A DNA stretch of 63,722 nucleotides, the filler included, from Choristocarpus tenellus KU-1152 (taxonomy: Eukaryota > Protista > Phaeophyceae), in NCBI GenBank assembly GCA_964200185.2. It is 11 parts of 11 records of this genome, joined end to end, with 100 filler letters (N's around TTAATTAATTAA, not from the genome) between each part and the next. Parts side by side here need not be neighbours in the genome. Positions count along the whole stretch, not along the records: positions 13,201 to 15,947 come from CAXNAD020025090.1; positions 16,048 to 28,917 come from CAXNAD020001679.1; 9 more parts are not named here. The stretch is one strand, 5' to 3'. The position numbers and the translations under genes are program-made. Below the pieces are notes generated by a model. The model was not told where the DNA came from and made no database searches. It saw only the letters and a list, made by a program, of their open reading frames with translations. Each line of letters opens with the position of its first letter. The first letter of the stretch is position 1. Positions 13,370-24,041 of this stretch are shown piece after piece.

Positions 13370-15925
13370 TCAACACCTTTGTGCTTCCGTCTTTGGGTTG
13401 CAAACTGTTCCACATGCCATTTCATAGGGATGTGCAGCTCACAGTATCCAGTGCCCCTGCCATGAGAGGATATCTTGAGCGCTGCCAGCGAGAAGGAGGT
13501 GTTTTGCTAGTGGCACCTGAACATCGCTTCTCTTTGCAACTCAAGGCTATCGAGCTGAGACAGACTACCCAAGAAGTTAGCATGGAAATCTGGAAAATGG
13601 AGGACCTGCCATACATTGATATATCCTTGATGAGATTGATGAGCTACTCCACCACCGGAACCAGTTCGTCTACGCCACTGGTGATCCAATGGATCTACCT
13701 GACGGCAAAGAGCGCGTTCAAGTTGTACAGGCTCTATTGCGTGTAGTCAAATACCACAGGGGATACGAAGGATTGAGCCGGCTTCTAAGCAACCCCAAGA
13801 TTGCAGCTCTCGACTTGTACCAGGTCCATATGTGGACAAGATTAAGAATAAACTTTGTTAGGAGCTGTTTCCTGCTGTCCTGAAAGATCCACCATTCGAA
13901 ATGAAGTGGATGCCAAAATAGATATGTGAATTTGACGACAAACAGGCAGCAAGGAGGACTGCTCTCTACCTCCTTGCGACAGACAATTCAGTGAGTGCTG
14001 ATGGGACCCTTTGTCGGGACGATTTATGGGAGAGAAACACTGACTGGGTGCAGCTCCTGGCTCTGAGGGGGCAGCTGGCATGTGGTACGTTTTTCCACTG
14101 TCTGGAAAAGAGGGCAAGGGTAGAATATGGCATTGCCAGGACAGCGGGTAGCAAGAAACGGCTTGCAGATCCTATCTGTGTCATCAATTCCCCTGTAAAG
14201 AGGGCAAGGGTAGAATATGGCGTTCCCAGGACAGCAGGTGCCAAGAAACGGATTGCAATTCCTTTCCGTGCCACCAATACCCCTGCATTGCGCAGCGAGT
14301 GGAAACACCCAGATGTGGCCATAACCCTTACATCCCTTTCCTACTACTATGATGGGTTGAGCAAGGTTTAGATGCGTCAGGCATTGACTTGCCTGTTGTC
14401 GATGGGTCCCAATGCTCAAGTGGATTACTACACGGTCTGGGTGAAAACTGGTTTCCTTAATGGTCTAGAATGTGTGAGAGAGGCAGACACATTTGATATG
14501 GTTGCTAAGATTGACCTCAGCAATGAAGTTCAGATGGACGTGATTCATAAGCACCTGGGAAATAACTTTGAGGCGGTGAACTTCTGGCTGACGTATGTGG
14601 TGTTGCCTACAGAGACTGAGCAGTTCCCAAAGTACATTGGGGCTAATCCATGGTTCTTGGCTAACGAGAAGACCACGACTGGGTTTTCAGGGACAAACGA
14701 GAATTATCACCTTCTACCTCTGCAGGTCCATAAGAGCAGTGAGAAGGCCCTTAAATCCTTGCAAGCAGCCAATGGCCAAATGCTGGATCTCATCTTGCAG
14801 AATGAGAGGCACGCGATTCTCAATCCCCATACACCAAGAAAGGCAGGGTCAGAGTATGATGTGTGGTATGACCTTCTCACTTTGGCTGTGAAGGAACGAG
14901 CACATGCTCTCCTGGATTGTGGTGGACTCTTGGGTCGTGTCACCTCCTGGGAGGCAGCTGAATTCCTTGTATCTCCACAAGCAAAATTATCATCCATGTT
15001 CCGAGGTGTAGTCTTCTTTGAATCATCATTTGGAGGCGGATCAAGCGGCAAAGAGTGGGTAATGTTGGATCACCATGGGCATTTTGTGCCACTACACCGC
15101 TCAGGTATCCATGAGAGTGAAGCCTTTGCGATCTTTGATGAGGCACGCTGCCGTGGGGCAGACCTGAGATTATCCCCTGATACCAAGGCTTTGCTCACAG
15201 TTGGTCCTAAGAATAGTAAAGACAAATTGATGCAGGCTGCCGGGCGACTTCGACTGCTTGGCAGGAGCAAGCAGTCACTGGTTACTGTCAGCACACAAGA
15301 TGTAACACTCAAAATACGGGAAGTGACGAGGTCTGGGGCTGTTGTGCCACTGGGCTCCAAAGATGTGTTGGCATATGTTATGGCTAATACTGTTGAGTGC
15401 ATGCAGTCAGGACTTCTCCAGTGGGCCATGCAGGGATTGCACTATTCCCACACATTTGGCCTGCCTGAGAAGGTTGAGCAAGAGGAGGTACTGACATTGA
15501 AAGATATGTATGGTGGTGCCCATGAGCAGTGTTCGGTTTCACTGGTGGTGAAGAAGGAGAAGCAGTTAGCACAGTCAAAGAGTAGTGGTCACAAGCAATT
15601 TAGTCTGCTGAGAAAATCAGTACGAAGACCAGAGCTTACGGTAAGGACTACCCAGTTGCAGGGGATTGGAGTCTAGTAGGCGAGTGTGAGAGGGACCGTC
15701 AACTTGAGACCGAGAAAGAAGAGGAAGAGGACCGTCAGGTGTCTAGGATAACACCAAGATCCGAGGTTGACTGGGATTTTGAGGCTGTGCTCAACACCTT
15801 CTCTCCAACCCTTTTGCAGTTTGATGGGACTGAGGTTGGTGCATTAAAGTGTGACTGTGCACACAAGCGACTAGTTACTAGGTTGAACCTTGAGCTTGAT
15901 AACGTATCATTCCTATCCCCCTAAC
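13370..15925 (+). pseudogene. Intronless DUF3638/DUF3645-family SF2 (SecA-like) helicase-fold protein, disrupted
   Basis: Motifs LFHMPFHRD, GGVLLVAPEHRFSLQLK, LDEIDELLH (DExD), LLALRGQLA, RVEYG, AIPFRATNTPALRSEWKHPDVAI.LT.LSYYY.GL (DUF3645), GFSGT, FDEARCRGADL, KDKLMQAAGRLRLLG. Frameshifts near 13395, 13622, 13855 and 15600; in-frame TAG at about 13919 and 14369. Confidence 0.85.
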
Positions 15926-16047
15926 CGGCGGTTGTCTTCTTGTAGCCNNNNNNNNNNNNNNNNNNNNNNNNNNNNNNNNNNNNNNNNNNNNTTAATTAAT
16001 TAANNNNNNNNNNNNNNNNNNNNNNNNNNNNNNNNNNNNNNNNNNNN

Positions 16048-16632
16048 GTAATTTTGGCTATCGTGTTTGCTAGGAAGTGTCAATATCCTTGTTCCGGACA
16101 AACTTTTTCATAAAATGAGCATTTTACCTACTCCGAAACAATTTGGAGTAGGAAAATGTCATTAAAAAAAACATGGGAAGACAAGCACCAAATGGACAAA
16201 TCGGGTAAAACGTGTACCCTCTAAGATACTTTCACTCTATCCATCCAACGTATGCAACTGAATCATCCATCCAACATAAGACTAATTGGCCCCAAGTGGA
16301 CAGACGCCATCCCCCCCCCCCAGATACTTTGAGTCTGAATGATGCGAGTCAAAATATCTTAGAGGGTAGGGCCACATCAGTTTGGGGTCCAAAATCCGAT
16401 GTTGCAATTTTGATGTAATTCTTGCTATGACGTTTGTTAGCAAGTGCCAGTATCCTCCTTGCTCTGGACAACCTTTCATAGTCGTATACATTTTCCCTAC
16501 TCCAAAATATTGAATATAAATTGAATAAAATATAAAAATAAAAAACCGAAAAAGGGCACAAAAAACCCGTGGGAAGCTAAGCCCCAAACAGACAAACAGG
16601 GCAATACTCCTACTGTCTCAAATTCTTTGGGT
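16048..16632 (+). mobile_element. Nested MITE cluster: family B (16048-16237), family A right half (16238-16335), second family B (16346-~16632)
   Basis: The family-B end TTTCACTC is followed directly by internal family-A sequence TATCCATCC...AGATACTTTGAGTC; a new B TIR starts about 10 bp later. Confidence 0.85.
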
Positions 16633-17585
16633 CATACACTGGTTCCACGTTTTACAAGGTAGCTCAGGTTTCTATCACATGTGACCATCCTGCGCACCCT
16701 GGGAGTCCCCTCTATTAATGTGCTGGTGGACTAGTGTGGTCCAAAAGAAAGACACCTTACCTACCTATCCTTGTATCTGTTCTTGTGTATCTCCTACAAT
16801 ATGGTAGATCACCGTCCAAATATTGTACTCATTTGTGGTAGTCATTACTGTGATAAGCCTCAAAAATATGCTTCACCTAATCAAGCGTGCTCCAAAGAGC
16901 TAACCCTAGCCCCAACACTGCGTGTCTCTCGAGAAGCAAGAATCTGCTCAAAGCATAGTAAGCACAACTTCTAATCACTGAGATGCGAATTCTCCAGTCA
17001 AACAACAATGGGGATCAGTATATATAGACTCTACCACTTACAAATAACCAACCATTCCTTAACTTTAAGCAAAGTGTGAGACATAGGGAACTTTATCTGT
17101 GGCATACAATATATCATCTGCTGCAAGCCACCACAAAATATTATCCCCAGTACACGTAAGATAATAAAGAAATCCCTCAGGAGGTACAATTTGAGCATTC
17201 TACTATTATGGCAGTATATACATGGCATGTCTTGCCAATCCTGAAGGTCCCAAATACTGTGGGATAAATAAGAAGCAATAACATTTTTGTACCAAAGGAG
17301 GGCTTAACGTTTCCTGTCACTTACATATGGTGCTCAATGAGCAACTCCATAAATGATGTTAAGTACAGAAGAAAATTGCTCAACAATCAGGTGTGAATAC
17401 ACCTTCAAATACTCATAAATTATGGAATACTTTTTTCGCTTTGTGATAATAATCACTTCAGTCTGTGGCACTCAATACAACTGGGATTTGCAGCATTTTC
17501 ATTACCAATATGTATCGATCCAGAACTGCATGTATAAGCACCAGAATTGCAATGGATTATTTGCATGTTGTCCTGTTATGTGTGA

Positions 17586-17842
17586 GAGTGAAAGTGTCTT
17601 AGAGGGTACAAGTTTTACCTTGTTTGTCCATTTGGGGCTTGGCTTCCCATGAGTTCTAATGCATTTTTCCTACTCCAAAATGCTTCAGAGTAGGTAAATT
17701 GTATACGTTATAAAAAGATGTGTCCAGAACATGGATATTGACACTTCTTAACAAACACGAGGGCAAAGATAAAATCGTAATCGCAACATTGGATTTTGAC
17801 CCCCAAATGGACGCGGCTCTACCCTCTAAGATCATTTGGCTT
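17586..17842 (-). mobile_element. MITE family B, full length
   Basis: Both TIRs and the central hairpin are present. Confidence 0.9.
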
Positions 17843-17878
17843 TGAGTGTGCGGATGTCAAGTCTTTGTTCATACTTAC

Positions 17879-20800
17879 AGCTTCCTTGCGGCTTGGGGGT
17901 TTGAAGGAGGTGCTCCTTGGACGAATTTCGCGCCTTCAAACTCGCTCAGTGCCAGACTTCTTTGCATAGATTTCTGGATTCGATTATCCAATTCCACATG
18001 GCAAGTAAAACAGATTGTATACGTGTACCATCCTATCTGTCGCCTTAGTACAAGAAACACTAGACCAAGATTGAGGCAACAGTGTTGAGAGAAGTCCAGC
18101 ACAAGATTTAAGGGTGGAGGTGGAGGAACAAGTAAATGGAACAACGCACAAGAAGCAAGGCACATATACAAGTAGTCAGTTATAGTGCAAGAAGAGGTGG
18201 TATGTTCTAGTAATTTGTATGAGAATCAGTGCAGTGTATAGTGGTATGTTCTAGTAATTTGTATGAGAATCAGTGCAGTGTATAGTGCCTCACACCACAA
18301 TTGGGATAGTCCCCAGGAGAAGGTCAAGAAGCAAGAACTGCTTTAACAACTTCAAACGATGGAAAATCTTAAGCGTCACTAGATCCGTTTGTCTTAATGA
18401 AGACAAAACATTACTGGAAAGAGGATCCCCACATAATGTGGGAGCCTAGAGACTAAAGATCGACCTCGCCGGGAATCAAACCCGGATCTCACCCGTGACA
18501 GGGGCAAATGCTAACCATTATGCCACGAAGCCGTTCCACATACGCAGAATATTATCCAGATTCCTACTTTATATATTTTATAACATTGTTGAGATTGTAC
18601 GTATATTATCTTATCGAGTATCCCATCAAAAAGAAAGCATATATATCGTAACGGATCTTTGTTGTTCTGATTATTCTCAAGTTAGCGTTGAACCTGGCCC
18701 AAACAACAAAAAATAAGGTGTGAAATTGTTCACTGTTTCGTACCTGTTCATTTCAACTGCTGGATATTTTGGGTTGAAAAGAATTGCAATCACTTCACAG
18801 GAACAGGTGAAGACAATTACTACATGATACAGTTTTAAAGTTTGAATTTTTATCTTCACTGTACTTGAGTAAGTCAAATAATACCTCCCTCAATCCCATC
18901 CTTGACAACTTGGAGGAAAGACAAAAAAAAACAAATACCACACTATCTCCTTTCCACTTACCACACGACCAATTATATGGGCAGCTCCAAATTTCGTTTG
19001 CTCAGCAAAAGCAAGAGCCCTCACTCGAGTCCTTCCAGCAATCCCCCTGGCCAGCCGCTGCAAAAATATAGCTGCTTTCACCCTCTTGAGTTGCATCTCC
19101 CTTGCTCTGGCAGCCTTAGAACGACCTATGGCTCCTCTCCATACTCGCTACATGGAAGCAGGTACAGGCATGGTTGAGGGAGGAATGACTGCTGAGATTC
19201 AAAGTGTCTTAGAGGGTAGAGCTGTGTCCGTTTGGGGGACAAAATCCAATGTTGTGATTTTGATGTAATTTCGGCTACGTGTTTGCTAGGAAGTGTCAAT
19301 GTTCTTGTTCCAGACACACCTTTTCATAACATACACATTTGACCTACTCCGAAATATTTCAAGAGTAGGAAAACTTAATAAAAACCTGTGGGAAGCCAAG
19401 CCCCAAACGGACAATTAGGGCAAAACTCGTACTCTCTAAGATATTTTCACCCAGAAGCAGAAGAAGGTAGAAAAGGAGGAGAGCGGTTGAACTAATCTTG
19501 CACTAAACCTCAGAACTGACGGAGTTTCCAATGCCTCCTCCCTGATGATCGTCCGCTCTATAAATTGTGCTTCCAAAACACATTTCATTATGCAAGTACA
19601 TCTCGAACAAAAGATTCATAACTCATACCTCATCTTGCTACATGTCAACTGGAAGAAACTCATGCCAGTGCAGTTACCACCATAATGTTGACCCCTGTTG
19701 TGGTCAGTCATCTTATCCAAGATGGGGTGGAGTTGTTGTCAACAAGCCTTTGTGACTGTTTTCCAGTTTGTGTCTTGAAATCCCTATGTTCTCCAATACA
19801 ATTTCACAACATCTACACCAACAGAGTTTTCCCTCTACATTCACAGACTCCTAAACAGGGTGTCAGGCAACACATTTGTGGGTCCCTTACAAACGAAATC
19901 AGAAATATCACTTCCCCTTGAGGATACTCTGTCTCAATCGCTCTCCATACCCACATGTTGATTTCAGACCCTACCATTCATTCTGTACACCCCCCCAATT
20001 TTGTGAAGTTTCAACATGTATGCCTTTTTTATGTTGAACATTATTCTTTTGTTGCTGTAAGCCCCGTCCACCTTGCATGTTTTGTGTCCTACCCTCAGCT
20101 TGACAACAACAACAAAAAAAACCTTTCTATATCTACACCACGAAAAGACCGTGTTTGAGATGCTCCTATGCTCCCTACCCATGTTACAGCACCAAAAAAA
20201 AGCTGGAGTATCGGATAGATGTAAGGGGAGAAAATATACCCGAAGGTACAAAAAAAAATTCAAGAAGACGACACTGTTGGTGGTAGATTTTATTGAAGAC
20301 AAAAGTCATTGCCCTTTTTCGGGAAGGTGCTGTGTATTCACAAGTTCCATATGTTATTCATCTCCAGTCTTCTGACTACTACAGATGACCTCAAATCACC
20401 CCAAAAACAATGAAAACTTGAGGAATTCCTCTGATTCACCCACACTCACCCCTGCCAGCAGAGTCATATTTCTGAATCTAGTTTCACTCGCCTTCCACAC
20501 ATTGGCAAACCCTTTCCCCTTAGTGATACAGCCCTTAAATATATGTTTATCGTCCTCCAACCATCCTGCCCTTATCTCATCACTTCATTTCCCTTACAAT
20601 TCCATCAAAATATGTGAATATGGACTGTAGGGATTGTTGCCAAGACTGCCCTCTGTACATATGCTACTACCTCCAGTCCAGCATGCTACTACAATTGTTT
20701 GATGGTAAACTCTATAAAGAGTAAGGCTCAGGTGCAGGTGTCACTGGAAGCAAACTTGTAGCACAGTTGTAACTGCTGTGAGAATATAAAACATACAAAT

Positions 20801-23655
20801 CATTGCACTTATATTATCCATCCGATGCATACAACCAAATCACACAAAATTCGCGACACGGAAAAATTGGCCCCAAGTGGACAGTCGCCACCATCCCCAG
20901 TTACTTTGAGCCATATGCGCAAGGTGAAGAAAACCCACAGTTCGCTTCAATGATTTTACTTTTTTAGCGGGCTTGGTCGATTTCGTCCAGCATATATATA
21001 TATATATATATCCTCCACGAGTCTATTTAAATTGTCAGCATCGAACGACTACACCTATGTACCTAGGATTTCCTACGAACTAGGCTCTCCCAGGAAAGAG
21101 GTCACTTGGGGTGTTTTATCAAGAGAGCTGCACTTGGCCCTGCAATAATAGGATTGAAGGGTGGGGAGCATATTTCGAAGACCAATAACTGCACCAGTAT
21201 ATTCATATAGCACCCAGCGTACCAACAGGATACACTCAATTTTGCTTGAGCCTCCCCTACCTCCCTCAGCAATATTTATCCGATTGTAATGAATGTTTCA
21301 GAGGATTGATTGTTTTAACACCCCTTTCCGCACCTGAATATCAATAGCAAATGGCCTTCCACGCTCCTTCTCTCTTCTCTCCCGCTCTTTCTCCCTCTCC
21401 TTCCTCCCACCAAGGGCATTTGTCTCAGTAGTTCTCTTTCCCACAACCAACCGCTGCTGCTGCCACTTCCCTTCTCGCCTTCTCCTAAGTGCCTCCTCTT
21501 CCCTACGTATCCAGAGTATACCCTCTCGGCAGATCCATCCCCGAGCAGCTGCTTGTATCCTTCTCGCTGAGAGATAAGGCAGACCCTCGCCTAGCAGAAG
21601 CAAAGACGCATCAAGACCTTGAAAGTATGAATTGCCTCTTACCTTATTTTTTCGTTTCACATCCACCATGTTTTCTCCTCTTTTCCCATTGTTGGAGGAG
21701 AGGACTCGGCCATGCGGTACAATTTCGATAGTGGAGATGTCTACTGTGTCGTCATTGGTCTCATCTAACCCCCACTTTGTGATGGTCTTGTCACCTGGAG
21801 TGGTTGTGGTGATGCTGCTACCTGCAATACATGCAAAGTTGTGCTCCTGCACACTACTTTCTCCCTCTTCATCTGAGACCACTTGCTCACAAATGTCCTC
21901 CTTCACATTACCCTCAAATGCCGCAGAATATTTTGGTAGGGTTGATTGGGGCTCTATAACATCGGTCTTTAACATTGATAACGGTGACATAGGTGACTGC
22001 AACGTATCAACTGGTGTTCCCTTAGACATCACCACCAATTGTTCGTTCCTTGTTGCCTCCTTCTTCTGTGGAGCGACTGCCCTACCCTGCGACCCACGCC
22101 ATCCTGCTTGGATTTTTATAGCAGCAGCAAGTGCCTTAGCATTGAAGCTTCTCACTAAGTTCGCCGCATTTGAGTCTTCTTCCATCTGCCGTGCATTCCT
22201 CCTAATGCACTCTACCTGCCGGTGGGAGCGCCAACCTCTAAACAGAGTCTGGATATGAATACCCAGAATAAGTTTTGATCCCTCCTCGAGGTTCTGCAGC
22301 TGCTGAAATTCTTTTGCCAATCTTTGTGCTGCCTGGATTTTGGCCCTGCTAAGCCAACTCCTCCATGCCCTTTGCATCTCAACAGCAGCAGCAAAGTACT
22401 CATCCCGAGATTGCTTAGACATTTGCTTTAGAAGGTGCAGGAATGGTTCAGTGTACCAGCTTCGTCTGACTACTCGTGCCACAAGTGCCAATGCTTGATC
22501 TCTCCTGTTTTTCAGCTCTGTTGTACATACCCTCTGCAACCGTGCCTCAAATTCCCCCACCCCGAATCGCTCAGGGAGATCTAACTCTACCAGGACCTTG
22601 AAGTGGAGCCAATCCGATCGGCCTGCATTGCAGTCCTCCCTGGCCAAGGTAGACATTCCTAAATGGGGGTGCTCTCCCAGACGCAGGAGTCGTAGCTGCT
22701 CAGCCTTGGCCCCTTTCAGGTCCCAAGTATGACCGTAGTGCAGGAAGCCAGTGGCAGGATGCTTCAGACGAAAAACCCCTCCCCTCACAACAAATTGAGA
22801 GATAGAATCATCATGTGCGCCATCAAGGGGGAGGCCTGTTTCCCCAATGAAAGCGCCCACGCGAAGACCACTGGGAGGTGGGCGACCTTTTAACTTACTG
22901 CCGAGCATTAGGTCAAAGGAACAACTAAGTCCACCCCCGAATACCCCTTGAGATTCCTGGTCTCCACCATTTTTTTCACTGTCCTTTTCACACTGATCCC
23001 TTGCCTTTTTGTGCACCTTCGTCTTGTCCTGCCCACTACACGAGGAGGATATAACTGCGGTTGAGGTCCTTCCATTTCCTCCCCCATATGAGCCAAATGC
23101 ACCTAAGTGGTTTGAAAGTTGTGGAAGGCGATGCTCATTTATCGATTGCAAGGGAAAAGAAGACTCCCAGGCAGATGAAATAACCGAGGGTGTGCTTCTT
23201 TGATCTTCTAAACCTCCATCTTGATTTGCTGTGGCTCCAGTAGTACCCCGCCCGAGAGCTTTCTCCATTAGATCGTCTTCCAAAATGCACGTGCCGATGG
23301 CTTCCAACAAATTGTCGAACAATCCTGTGGGATTCGTTGACAAACGTCGTTCGACCCCCGATGAAGGGGCTCGGCCATCCAGATTCGGAAGCGATCCTGG
23401 TTGGAGTGGTAGGTCCCAAGCAGCTGAAGAATACCATTGAGGTGTTGCAGACACCGGGGGAAGCACTGGGGGCATTCCGATGTTAAATTTTCCTAGGTTG
23501 TTCTGGTTTTGTGTTTTCGTATAGCTGCTGACTCCACGACCACGACGTTTATGGCGCATATTTGTTGTTGTTGATGCTTTCGCCCCTACTATCGACATAT
23601 TTGAGGATTCTGCAATTTTGGTGGGCGGCGATAGGCACCGACGAAATTCCTCCAT
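17879..23655 (-). CDS. IQ calmodulin-binding-motif protein with a degenerate GIY-YIG-like domain. Exons 23655-21334, 19147-18962, 18036-17879; 3' end unresolved
   Basis: IQ motifs MQRAWRSWLSR, IQTLFRGWRSHR, IQAGWRGSQGR, IQAAARGWICR. Splicing of exon 1 to exon 2 rebuilds another IQ motif (AIDIQ|RVWRGAIGR), and exon 2 adds LQRLARGIAGR. Canonical GT-AG sites with matching phases; exon 3 is less certain. Confidence 0.8.
18197..18284. repeat. Perfect tandem duplication, 44 bp x2
   Basis: GTGGTATGTTCTAGTAATTTGTATGAGAATCAGTGCAGTGTATA twice. Confidence 0.9.
18461..18532 (-). tRNA. tRNA-Asp(GTC), probably a degenerate pseudo-tRNA, inside intron 2 of the IQ gene
   Basis: Reverse complement GGCTTCG-TGGCATAATGGTTAGCAT-TTGCCC-CTGTCAC-GGGTG-AGAT-CCGGG-TTTGATT-CCCGG-CGAGGTC-G, 72 nt, anticodon GTC. 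T-loop reads TTTGA instead of TTCGA and the D-stem has two mismatches. Confidence 0.8.
19196..19452 (+). mobile_element. MITE family B, full length, about 50 bp from the IQ-gene exon 2 acceptor
   Basis: TIRs CAAAGTGTCTTAGAGGGTA / TACTCTCTAAGATATTTTC. Confidence 0.9.
20804..20912 (+). mobile_element. MITE family A right half
   Basis: TGCACTTA.ATTATCCATCC...CCCAAGTGGACAG...TACTTTGAGCC. Confidence 0.8.
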
Positions 23656-24041
23656 GGCCCTACTCGTTGAGGTACAAGGTGTGGGTGTTGTCGCTCATGG
23701 AGGCCTCGTTCTTTGCAAGACTACAAGGGAAAATATAGAGGAACGTGACTGACGGTGCGTAATTAGGTCGTCCTCTTCATCATTTTCTCCAGGAACGCCA
23801 TAGCTGAGCGAGCATTTTTTCCAGAGTGATCCAATGCGATGGAGGCACCCCTCTTTTACCTGTCGTCAGGGCTTGCTCTACTACTATGCTGAGGACTTAG
23901 CGACCTTCCTACTACTGATGGGTCCTGGCTGGACCCGACGTTTCGCGTGAAACGTTTTATGAAAAAACACCTCGAAGAATTTTGTATCGCAGAAGGGATA
24001 AAAAATAAGTCCATCACAACAAGGCAAGGTCAAACTTTAGG
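23656..24041. promoter_or_regulatory. Putative bidirectional promoter between the IQ gene and the IMPACT-like gene
   Basis: Head-to-head start codons 386 bp apart in a CpG-rich, repeat-free stretch; no specific elements identified. Confidence 0.5.

Noticed and set aside
19850-19920. DFVCKGPTNVLPDTLFRS resembling the end of a Ty3/Gypsy RNase H
   Set aside because: A single weak motif with no supporting RT or integrase sequence.
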